A program made the translations under genes and the position numbers. The notes beneath the pieces were generated by a model. It was given only the letters and a program-made list of their open reading frames with translations, did not search any database and was not told the origin of the DNA. From NCBI RefSeq assembly GCF_009914755.1, contig NC_060928.1: a stretch of DNA of 64,000 nucleotides. One strand, given 5' to 3'. The DNA is from the human T2T-CHM13v2.0 reference genome, Homo sapiens. Position 1 is the first letter of the stretch; each line of letters opens with the position of its first letter. This document shows, piece after piece, positions 20,911 through 34,869 of this stretch.

Positions 20911-23900
20911 TCTATTATCATCTCTGAAAAAGAGTAAAAAGCTGCCTCTTTGAAAGATTGTGAAGATTAGCTGCATTCTCTAGGCAGCTGTTGGAGCCAT
21001 TTGGTTTAGGTCTGAGCACCTGAGCTATTGTAAAGCATGACATAGGTATAAAATGATGTCTTTTTCTAGGGGAAACAAAACTACTGTGATATATTTAATA
21101 CATAAATTGTGGAAGTTTTAACAACCATGATATCTACCTACAAACTTTTGTCTCACAATGAAAAACAGAAATGAATACTTAAAATGATAACTATGTAAAC
21201 CAGTTGAGAATAGCACATTAATAACTTAAAAATAGTTGTTTCTTTTTATACTTTGGTTTGAAAGCTGAGATTGTACCAGATTGTGGACTCTGCAAAGAAG
21301 AAAATGTGAAATCCAGAAGTCCTCATTTAACTTGTTTAAGGGAATTTATATGTAGACTTGTCATGCTCAGCAGGAATTCTTCATTGTGATCACTATTTCT
21401 ATTAAAGCAATTTTTTTGGAAGCCTGCAGGGTGGCCACAGTGGGATGCTTCCTATACCAAAACCAAAAGGGTACATTCGCAAAATGCCTTTTGGTGAATA
21501 ATGAACCAAATTTCAACTAATTTACTTTCTGACTATTTCATATGCCACTGTGATTTCCGTGTCTTCTGAAATCTAATACATTTACTGCCTATATTGTTCA
21601 TATAGCAATCTGATCGTGTTTTCCTTTAATTCTTTTAAAAAATGAGATTAACCATTAGAGTGTGGCAGCTAACAAATGGGCTTAGAAACAACACAAATGG
21701 GTTTGAAGTCATATCACTTAGTAGTTGTGTTATCTTGAGGAAGTCCCTTACCTTCTTAGGATGCATTTTCCCTGTCTATAAGAGTAATGTAAGGGAATAA
21801 TAAAAGTAACTATTTCATAGACTTGTGTAAAATTAATGATATAACAAATGCAAAACATTTAACACATTTCCTGGGATAGCGTAACCATTCAAAAATATTA
21901 GTTATTGCTTATTATAGTTTTATCCATAGCATTTCCCCTACTATGTATTATCTTTTCTTCTTTTTATTTTTTATTTTTATGGGTATATAATAGGTATATA
22001 TATTTACGGGGTACATGAGATATTTTGATACAGGCAGACAGTGCATAATAATCACATCAGGGCAAATGGGGTATCCATCACTTCAAGCATTTATTATTTT
22101 TTTGTGTTATAAATTCCAATTATACTCTTTTAGTTATATTAAAATGTACAATAAATAATTATTCATTGTAGTCACCCTATTGTGCTATCAAATACTAGGC
22201 CTTATTTATTCTAACTATATTTTTGTACCCATTAACCATCCCCCACCCCACCTGCTCCCACCAACTACCCTTTTTAGTCTCTGGTAACCATCCTTCTACT
22301 CTGTATCTCCATGAGTTCAATTGTTTTAATGTTTAGTTTCCACAAATAAGTGAGGACGTGCAAAATTTGTCTGGCTTATTTCACTTAACAAAATGTCCTC
22401 CAGTTCCATCCATCTTATTGCAAATGACTGGATCTCATTCTTTTTTCATGGCTGAATAGTACTCCATTGTGTGTATATATCACATTTCAAAAATCCATTC
22501 ATCTGTTGATGCTCACTTAAGTTGTTTCCAAATCTTGGCTAGTATGAATAATGCTGCAGTAAACATGCATGGGAGTACAGATATCTCTTTGATATACTGA
22601 TTTCCTTTCTTTTGAGCATATACCTAGCGGTGGGATTGCTGGATCTTATGGTAGTTTTGTTTTTGGTTTTTTGAGAAACTTCCACGCTATTCTCCATAGT
22701 GGCTATACATTCCCACCAACAGTGTATGAGCGTTCCCTTTTCTCCACATCCTTGCCAGCATTCATTATTGCCTGTCTTTTGGATAAAAGCCATTTTAACT
22801 GGGTGATATGATCTCATTGTAGTTTTGATTTGCATTTCTCTGATGATCAGTGATGGTGAGCACCTTTTCATGTACCTGTTTCTTAGTTGTATGTCTTATT
22901 TTAAGAAAGATCTGTTCAGATCTTTTGCCCATTTTAAACTAGATTATTAGATTTTTCCTATTGAGTTGTTTTTAACTCCCTATATATTCTGGTTATTAAT
23001 TCCTTGTCAGATGGGTAGTTTACAAATACTTTCTTCCATCTTTTGGTTGTCTCTTCACTTTGTTGATTGTTTTCTTTGCTGTGCAGAAGCTTTTTAACTT
23101 GATGTGATCCTATTTCTCCATTTTTGCTTTGGTTGTTTGTGCTTATGGGGTATTACCCAAGAAACCTTTGCCCAGTCCAATATCCTGGAGTTTCCCCAAT
23201 GTTTTCTTGTAGTAGCTTCATAGTTTGAGGTTTTAAATTTAAGTCTTTAATCCATTTTGATTTGATTTTTGTATATAGTGAGAGATAAGGGTCTAGTTTT
23301 ATTTTTCTGCATATTAATATCCAGTTTTCCTAGCAGCATTTATCGAAGAAACTGTTTTTCCCCAATGTATGTTCTTGGCACCTCTATAAAAAATGAGCTC
23401 ACTGTAGATGTATGAGTTTGTTTCTGGGTTCTCTATTTATTCTGTTCCATTGGTTTGTGTGTCATTTTTATGGCAGTACTCTGTTGTTTTGGTTACTGTA
23501 GGTCTATAGTAAAATTTGAAGTCAGATAATGTGATGCCTCTAGTTTTGTTCTTTATGCTAAGGATGGCTTTAGCTATTCTGGGTCTTTTGTGGTTCCATA
23601 TAGATTGTAGGATTTTTTTTTCTATTTCTGTGAAGAATGTCATTGGTATTTTGATAGGGATTGCATTGAATCTGTAGATTGCTTTAGGTAGTATGGACAT
23701 TTTAACAATATTGATTCTTCTAATTCATGAACATGGAATATCTTTCCATTTTGTTATGTCTTCAATTTCGTGCATCAATGTTTTATAGTTTTCATTGTAG
23801 AGATCTTTCACTTTCTTGGCTAAGTCTGTTCTTAAGTATCTTATTTTATTTGTAATGATTATAAATGGAATTACTTTCTTGATTTCTTTTTCAGATTGTT

Positions 23901-24654
23901 CACTGCTGGCATGTAGAAATGCTACTGATTTTTGTGTACTTGATATTGTGTCATGCAACTTAACTGAATTTATTAGTTCTAATAGCTTTTTGGTGGAATC
24001 TTTAGGTTTTTCCAAATATAAGGTTATATTATTTGCAAACAAGGTTAATTTGAGTTCCTTCTTTCCAAATTGAATGCCCTTTATTTCTTCTCTTGTTTGA
24101 TTGCTCTTGCTAGGACTTCTAGTACTGTGTTGAATAACTGGTGAAAGTGGGCATCCTTGTCTTGTTTTAGATCTTAGAGGAAAGACTTTCAGTTTTTTGC
24201 CATTCAGCATGATACTAGGTGTAGGTCTGTTCTTCTATTAATATTATATTGAGGTATGTTCCTTCTGTAACCAGATTTTAGAGGGTTTTTATCATGAAAG
24301 AATATTGATTTTTATCAAATGCTTTTTCAGCATCAATTGAAATGATCGTATGGTTTTTGTCCTTCATTCTGTTGATATGATGTATCACGTTAATTGATTT
24401 GCATATATTGAACTATTCTTGCATCCCTGGGATACATTTCACTTGGTCATGATGAATGAACTTTTTAATGTGTGTTGAATTTGGTTTGCTAGTATTTTGT
24501 TGAGAATTTTTGCATCAGTGTTCATTAAGGATATTGGCCTGTAGTTTTCCTTTTTTGATTTGCCTTTGGTTTTGGTATCAGGGTAATATAAGTCTCATAG
24601 AATGAGTTTGGAAGTAGTCTTTCCTCCTCTATTTTTAGAAATGTTTTGGGTAGG

Positions 24655-26021
<1,367 letters not shown>

Positions 26022-26641
26022 AGAAATGGTTTGGATAGGATTGGCATTAGTTCTTCTTTAAATTCAGCTGTGAAACCATTGGTCCCAGGCTTTTCTATGC
26101 TAGGAGACCGTTTATTATGGCTTTAATCTAATTACTTGTTGTTAGTCTATTCAGGTTTTGAGTCTTTTCTTGGTTCAATCTTGGTAAGTTGAATGTGTCT
26201 AAGATTTGTCCATTTCTTCTAAGTTTCTCAATTTATTGGCATATAGTTGCTCGTAGTAGTCTGTAATGATCCTTTGAATTTCTGTGGTATCAGTTGTAAT
26301 GTCTGCCTATTCATCTCTGATTTCATTTATTTGGGTTCTCTCTTTTTTTCTCTTAGGCTAAAGGTTTGTCATTTTTGTTTATCTTTTCAAACAACCAGGT
26401 TTTTGTTTCATGGATCTTTTGTATTGCTTTTTTAAAATTTCATTTATTCATGCTTTGATCTTTATTATTTTTCTTCCTTTACTAATTTTGGGTTTGGTTT
26501 TATTTTGCTTTTCTATAATAGTTCTTTAAGATGCATTGTTCGGTTTTTTGTTTGAAGTTTTTCTACTTTTTAAATTATCACTTTGAATAAACTTTCTACC
26601 CCAATCTTTCTCTCCCTTCTCTTTATGCCAATAACCCTTAG

Positions 26642-27009
<368 letters not shown>

Positions 27010-29294
27010 GACTGTGTATTTTCAAATAGCCTGTCTGCGAGCTCACTAATTCTTCTGCTTAAGTCTGCTGTTGAGAGACTCTGATGCATCCTTCGGTATG
27101 TCAGTTGAATTTTTCAGCTCCAGAATTTCCACTTGATTTTTAAAAATTATTTCAATCTCTTTGTTAAAGTTATCTGATAGGATTCTGAATTCCTTCTCTG
27201 TGTTATCTTGAATTTCATTGAGCTTCCGCAAAACAGCTATTGGGAATTCTCTGTCTGAAAGGTCATATGTCTCTGTTACTTGGGATTGGTCATTGGTACC
27301 TTATTTGGTTTGTTTGGTGAGGTCATGTTTTCCTAGATAGTCTTGATGCTTGTATATATTTGTCAATGTCTGAGCATTGAAGAGTTAGGTATTTATTGTA
27401 GTCTTTACAGTCTGGGCTTGTTTGTACCTGTCTTGGGAAAGCTTTTCAAGCATTCAAAGGGAATTGATTGTTGTGATCTATGACTTTGGATATGATATCG
27501 CTGCAGCCATGTCTGCGTTAGGCAGCACCATAAGCCCAGTAATGCTGTGACTCTTACAGACTTGCAGGTTTACCACCTTTGTGGTTGTGTTAAGATCTGA
27601 GAGAATTCCCTGGATTACCAGGCAGAGACTCTTGTTCTCTTCTCTTACTTTCCTCTGAACAGAAGAAGTCTCTCTTTCCATTTGAGCTACCTGGAGTTGG
27701 GGGAGGTGTGACTCAAGTACCCCTGTGGTCATTACTACTGGGATTATACTGGGTCAGACTCGAAGTCAGCACAGCATTGGATCTCACCCAAGGCCCACAG
27801 TGACCATTGTTTGGCTACCACCAATGTTCAGACAAGGTCCAAGGGCTCTTCAGTCACCATGTGGTGAATCCAGCCAGGCTTGCGTCCTTCCCTTCAGGGC
27901 AGTGAGCTGAGGGCAGGTACAGAAATGCCATGCAGGAACCAGGGCCTGGAGCCGGAAACTTTAGGAATCTATTTGGTACTCTATTCTGCTGCTGCTGAGC
28001 TGGCACCCAAGCTGCAAAGCAAAGTCCTTTACACTCTTTCTTCCCCTTTCCTGATGCAGAAGGAGCCTCTCTGCATGGCAGCCACTGCCCCGTGCCTGGC
28101 TACTGCTGATGTTCAGTCAAGGCTCAAGCTGGCTATTCAGTCAGCTTATGGTGAATGCTGCCAGGCCTGGGTTTCTAACTTCAGGGAAGTGGGCTCTTCT
28201 CTGGCCCAGGGCAGGTCCAGAAATGCTGTCTAAGAGCGAAGGCCTGGAATTGGGGATCATAGGAGCCTGCTTGGTACTCTGCTCCACTGTGGCTGAGCTG
28301 GTGCCCAAGCTGCAAGACAAAGTCACCTTCATTCTTCCCTCTCCTTTCGTCCAGCAGGCACTTCTCCCCATGGCCACCACAGCTGGGAATGCACTGGGTC
28401 ACACCTGAAGCCAGCATAGCTCTGGATCTCACTCAAGGTCCATGGCAAGTACTTCCTGGGTACCCTTGATGTTTATTCAAAGCCCAAGGTCTCTTAGTCA
28501 GCAGGTGATGAATCTTGCCAAGACTGGGTCCTTACTTTCAAAGCAGGAGGTTCCCTTTAGCCCAGGGTATGTCTAAAAATGTCACCTGGGAGCTGGGGCC
28601 TGGAATTGGGGCCTTAAGACTCTGCCTAGTATCTTAACCTACTGTGGCTAAGCTGGTATCCAAGTTGGAAGACAAAGTCCTCTTTACTCTTCCCTCTACT
28701 CTCCTCAAGCAGAAGGAAGGAGTTTCTCCCAGAGCTGCACTGCTTGGAGTTGGGGGAGAGGTGGTGCAAGCACTTTCTTGGCTTCCCAAGCTGGTGTCTC
28801 GCTAAGTCATATGCACCCCAAGTCTCTTGGCTCTGAGCCCAGTACAGCACCAGTAGAAACTTCCAGGAGTTGCAAACTAGTTTATGACACACGATTTTGG
28901 AATTTTAATCCCCCAAAATTGATATACTGGTTGCTCAGGTGCCTATATGTAATAAATAAGACAACCTATGAAAGGGGTTAGGCATGGTACCTAGAGAGGA
29001 AGACCTGGAGGTAGTGTTACATCCTTCTTCCATTCCATTTTGCAGAAGTCACCACTGAGTTGCTGTCTAATGAGTAGTGATTCATGTTTTGCTAAATTGA
29101 GAATGCCAGACTACAGAGTAATGCTCTGTGGAGGAGAGCCGAGCAGGGATATGTAGTATCTATGCTGTTTTTTAGGCAGGAGACCAATTTATTTTTTTCT
29201 GTTAGAGGTGGGGACAAACCTACATCACATCTTTAGAAATGGACAAAAGGTTGATTATCTGACTCTAGACTTCTCCCTTCTAGAAGCTAATTCT

Positions 29295-29512
29295 ATGGAG
29301 TACGTATGGACACAAAGAAGGGAACAGACACAGGGGCCTACGTGAAGTGGAGGGAGGGAGGAAGGTGAGGATCAAAAAACTACCTATTGGGTACTATTCT
29401 TATTACCTAGGTGGCAGATAATCTGTACACCAAACCCCTGTGACACACAATTTACCTATATAGCAAACCTGCACATGTACGCCTATATCTAAAATAAAAG
29501 TTAAAAAAAATT
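29295..29512 (+). mobile_element. Short L1PA16-like 3' end
   Basis: atggacacaaagaagggaaca...ctaaaataaaagttaaaaaaaa; TSD aagctaattct/aagctagttct. Confidence 0.85.
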
Positions 29513-29821
29513 AAAGCTAGTTCTGATTTAGGGATCTTTGATGTTGAATGTTGATGAAAAGTGATTTATATTTGTGATTGCTAGTTTCAGAACCACTACG
29601 ATGAAAAAAGTGACTAAACTTTTGGTAATGTGAACACACTACTCCTTAGAAGTATTGTCCAGACTCCAAATTCTGCCTGTCATTTCTTCATTTTCATGCC
29701 CTCCTGATTGCCTAAAATAGTTAGACTTCCCATTTCATGATTGGAAAGGCATTGCAAATATTTTTACATTAAAGTCCTGGAACTGTAGATTATTTTCTAC
29801 CAGGGATATTAAGAAATTTCA

Positions 29822-30119
<298 letters not shown>

Positions 30120-30529
30120 CTAATCACAAAGTAAAACATATTCATTGTACCTTGTATCAGTATGTACTCAATTACCTTATTTTAATGTTCTGCATACATT
30201 TATATTTAGCAGATTTTTTTCTGGTATTGGTTTATGTGCTAATTTACTTATTTATTTAAAGAATAAATTACTTAGTTAATATTTATTTTCCCTACATACA
30301 TGTAAACTCTGTAAGATCAGAGATCTTTTTGTCAGAGGCTGAAGATAAAGCCTGTTAAGCCAATTAAGAGCATAGACAGTGCTCAGTAAACATTTGCTGA
30401 ATGGAATACATGAGTGAATTGTAAACACTTTGGAATTTATAGAAAAGTGAACATAAGAAAACAGAAGCCCTAGAAATAAACCATATAACACTGAAAGTGT
30501 ACCTGTGTATTTAAATATGCCTGTATATG

Positions 30530-31579
30530 TAGAAGTCCTTGCTTTGTACCGTAGTGCATGACTGTAAAAAAAAGACTTTGCAAACTGAAATTATGCAAAA
30601 CAATCCTAATAATCAATGAAAACAGTTACTATTGCTCTTTGACCTTTAAAAATTTTTAAATCACTACAGTCTCTCTTGTTGTTAGCTATAAAGGTATAGG
30701 GAAATGGAAAAAGGTAAAACTAATATTTATTCAGTACACAGTAATTTAAAACATTAGAAATATTGATATTAAAATTGTTTCATTGTACAGTCTTATCAGG
30801 AGTAGTTTGAATAGTGCTTGCCTTCTTCCTGTTGTACAACTTATGATACAGAGCATGCATTTTTTTTCAATGCCTAGACAAACTGTCATGCTCTCTAAAT
30901 GTGGATCAGCTTACATTTTATCCTGTGTGCTTTCCATGTCAAGAAATGTCTCCTAAAACTCCTTGAATGTGAAGTTTTTAGCCAGTATCACTTTCTCTAG
31001 GACATCATCATCCTTTTCATTACAATCACTTTCCTTGTTTATGTTGATTAATTCACCTTCACTAAGTTCCTCTAACTGCATATACAGAGTCTTTCAATGG
31101 TGAATGGCAGCATCGTTTACATTCCATGATTAGCTACGTCGTCTCCATTTACGTTTGATACAAATTTTACTTCCAATAGTATTAATTTTTGTTTGTGTAC
31201 ATTGCCTTCATTCTTGTTGTCCAGTTCTGTCTTTGATTATCCATGTCACTTGCATTTATCTTTGGGAGACAAGAAGGCAACACAGCTACACACTTTGCTG
31301 TCTGTGTGTGAACTGAACAACAAACACGCAGTGATCAATCACTGACATATTTTAAAGAAACACCCCATGATTGGTCAATGATCATTATGCACACATGTTA
31401 GTTACGTAGTGATTTATGGACTGAAGAGCTAGCTGCAAAGTTTGTACTTTATGAAATTACTATTAATATACCATGTTAACTGAAATTTGAACTGTATTGT
31501 TAGGGACTATGTTATTTAATCTAAATTGTGGTGACTGAAATGTACACATATCAGACTGAGCACCGTGAGGGCTGCCTCA
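30530..31579. mobile_element. TcMar-Tigger DNA transposon (Tigger6-like)
   Basis: Degenerate inverted ends agtccttgctttgtac / gcaccgtgagggctgcct; interior resembles the recalled Tigger consensus. Confidence 0.65.
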
Positions 31580-32097
31580 ATTCCTAGCTTTATTTTATAG
31601 AAATATATATTTATTGTTTCTTTACTAAAATGGGATCATTTAATGTGTATTATTTTTATTTTTAATTTTATATGGTATACATGTCAAAAAAGTCCAGCTA
31701 TTTTGACTTCATATTTTATGATTGAGTGGTATTTCATTGTGTAGTTGTACCATACTTTATTTAACCAATCTTCCTTTATGGATGTTTAGGATTTTTCTGT
31801 TTTCTCAGTTATAAACAATGCTAGAATGATCACCTCTGTCACTAAACCTTTGAGATAACTCTTATTTATTTAGAATGAATATATTTCTAGTACAAGAATT
31901 GTTGGCTCACAGGATATATACACTATTTAAAAATTTTCATGTCCCACCAGAAATTTTCATGTCCTTCAAGCATTTCCCTTTAGAGAGATGTTTCCATTTA
32001 GGCTCCTACCAGTAACATAAATCAAGAAGTGCTGGGTGCATGATTCCCAAACCCTTGCCCACGTTGGGATTATCATTTTTTTTTTTATTTTTGACAT

Positions 32098-32468
<371 letters not shown>

Positions 32469-32775
32469 TAATTAGGTTGAATATTTTTCATGGGTTTATT
32501 TGTACTAAATAAATTTTGATCTATGGAATTTTATTCTGTCCTGTATTATAATAGTTTTCAGATGGTAGGGATTTTTGGTTTTATTGGGTCATTTGTGTAC
32601 ATATATTTCTACAAATTTATATATGCATGTGTGTATGTGTGTCTATCCATAATAAATATATTTGTGTGTACTTGAACTGCATTCACATGTATATAACATT
32701 GTTGGTTTTACCCAGGGATTTTGAGGAGTATTTGTGGGCCTTAAATTTGTAACATGACCATCAATTTCCAACTGC

Positions 32776-32858
32776 TTTTCTTTCTCTCTCTCTCTTTCTT
32801 TTCTTCTTCTTCTTCTTTCTTCTTTCGTCGTCTTCTTCTTCTTCTTTTTTTTTTTTTT
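32776..32858 (+). repeat. Pyrimidine tract (CT)n/(TTC)n/Tn
   Basis: Near-pure pyrimidine run. Confidence 0.9.
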
Positions 32859-33149
32859 GAAAGGGAGTAACCCATGACCTGGGGGAAATTCTAGTTAATT
32901 TTTCATTGCATGATTTTCAGGAGATAGGGTCAAAAGGAGCTAGTAGGGCATTCAATTATGTGCTTGAGTGTGTTGGAAAATGTTTTTTTTTTTTTTCTCT
33001 CTCCCTCAAGTGTACAATATTTTACTTGGGCTTGTTTTTCAAGTGCATTGAAGTGTGACTAAACATTTTTGGGTACTACCATTCTGTAAAGAAGAGGGCC
33101 CATCTTGTTAAATATTCCTTCATCAACTTTGCAGTTAGCCAGTTATTGG

Positions 33150-33526
33150 CAGGGAGAAGCCTGCGAGGGCATGAGCTTTAGGCATTGGACAGAGGGAGGG
33201 TGGGTGGGAGGCGGGGACTTGGGGGATCTCAGGATTGGGGTACTTTGTTGTCCCTCCCACTGCTGTATGAAAAAGTGACTGGTTCAAGCTGGCTTTTGTC
33301 TTATAATTTTGGATGAGTCATAAGTGGAGAAGGAGGGGAAGTGAGTGGTTAGACCTCAGCTCATCTGAGGGCTAAAGGTTCTTTGTGACACATCACACAG
33401 AATTGGAGTGCTGTCCTTCTGGAGAGTGGTGGAGAACCAAGATACAGTTCAGAACCAAAGGAATAGAGAAGGGCTTTGATTTCTTTTTGGCTTTAGATTG
33501 GGGATTTGGGAGGCTTAGCAGGAAAG
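33150..33526 (+). promoter_or_regulatory. SLC4A4: NBCe1-A internal promoter and 5' UTR
   Basis: Repeat-free sequence directly upstream of the A-variant ATG, with GC/GT boxes (33194-33216), TTATAA (33301) and AP-1 ATGAGTCAT (33313-33321). NBCe1-A is known to use an intron-3 promoter; the exact TSS cannot be read from the sequence. Confidence 0.75.
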
Positions 33527-33783
33527 ATGTCCACTGAAAATGTGGAAGGGAAGCCCAGTAACCTTGGGGAGAGAGGAAGAGCCCGGAGCTCCACTTTCCT
33601 CAGGGTTGTCCAGCCAATGTTTAACCACAGTATTTTCACTTCTGCAGTCTCTCCTGCTGCAGAACGCATCCGATTCATCTTGGGAGAGGAGGATGACAGC
33701 CCAGCTCCCCCTCAGCTCTTCACGGAACTGGATGAGCTGCTGGCCGTGGATGGGCAGGAGATGGAGTGGAAGGAAACAGCCAG
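33527..33783 (+). CDS. SLC4A4: SLC4A4 NBCe1-A first coding exon: unique 41-aa N-terminus plus shared exon 4 part
   Basis: Translates [86 protein letters not shown], the kidney NBCe1 N-terminus. ATG has A at -3, an in-frame TAG lies upstream at 33494, and the donor is AG|gtgagg at 33783/33784. Confidence 0.97.
33648..33783 (+). CDS. SLC4A4: SLC4A4 exon 4 as spliced in NBCe1-B/C (136 nt, internal acceptor)
   Basis: tttaac...tattttcacttctgcag|TCTCTCCT acceptor, placed exactly where the A and B/C variants converge (SPAAERIRF). Confidence 0.9.
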
Positions 33784-34213
33784 GTGAGGCATAGCTGACT
33801 GTATGTAGTACTGACCCAGGGAAACAAGGGCAGGGCAAGATGCTTGATCCTGGAGTGCCGTTCTTTAGCCTTAGCACTTTGAATGGCCAATGGGCATGAT
33901 GTTGGCTGGGATAAGGAGTAAATAATTCTATTTCTTCTTTTCTTTTTTGTTGACATGAATGCAGGGCACCTCTTATTTCACTATTGGGGCATTGTTTCAT
34001 TGATCCATGTTGCTATAATTTTGGCTTTTATAAGGAATTAGAAATAAAGCTCAATTTATATACTATTTAATAGTAAAATATTTTAGAGAGATAATAAACT
34101 CAGGTACCCAAAAATGACAGCCAAGAGATATGTTTCCACAGTGTCCACATGCCAAGATCTCTTGTGAGATTTTGTGTGACTTATTACTCATTCCCTGTCA
34201 AGAGGTGGGTTTT

Positions 34214-34525
34214 GGCCAGGTGCAGTGGCTTGTGCCTGTAATCACAGAATTTTAGTAGGCCGAGGCAGGTGGATTGCCTGAGCCTAGGGTTCAAGACCAG
34301 CCTGGGCAACATAATGGGACCCCATCTCTACAAAAAAAAAAAGAAAAAAAAATCAGCCGGGCATGGTGGTGCATGCCTGTGGTCCCAGCTACTCAGGAGG
34401 CTGAAGTAGGAGGCTCACTTGAGCCTGTGAGGTCGAGGCTGCAGTGATCTCTGATCATGTTACTGCACTTCAATCTGGGTGACAGATTGAAACCCTGCCT
34501 CAAAAAATTAAATGAAATAAAAAAG
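34214..34525 (+). mobile_element. AluJ
   Basis: CCAGCCTGGGCAACATA and GAGGTCGAGGCTGCAGTG diagnostics. Confidence 0.9.
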
Positions 34526-34558
34526 AGATTATTAAAACAATGAGGAAAGTTGCTCTTA

Positions 34559-34869
34559 TGGTAGTCCCCCCAAGGTTATCCACAGTTTAGCTTTTCATGG
34601 TTTCGGTTACTCACTGTACAGTACAGTAAGATATTTTGAGAGAGTTGCCACACTTATATAACTGTTATTACAGTATATTGTTGTATTTATTCTATTTTAT
34701 TATTAATTATTGTTGTTAGTCCCTTACTGTGCCTAATTTACAAATTAAACTTTATTACGTTTTATATACAGGAAAAAAACATAGTATACATAGGGTTTAG
34801 TACTATCCATGCCTTCAGGAATTCACTGGGGGTCTTGGAATGTATCCCCTGTGAATAAGGGGACTACTG
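34559..34869 (+). mobile_element. MER44A (Tigger7 MITE)
   Basis: TIRs gtagtcccc / ggggactactg and matching interior. Confidence 0.85.

Noticed and set aside
33515-34000. 161-aa antisense ORF over exon 4
   Set aside because: No recognisable homology; likely a shadow of the GC-richer coding strand.
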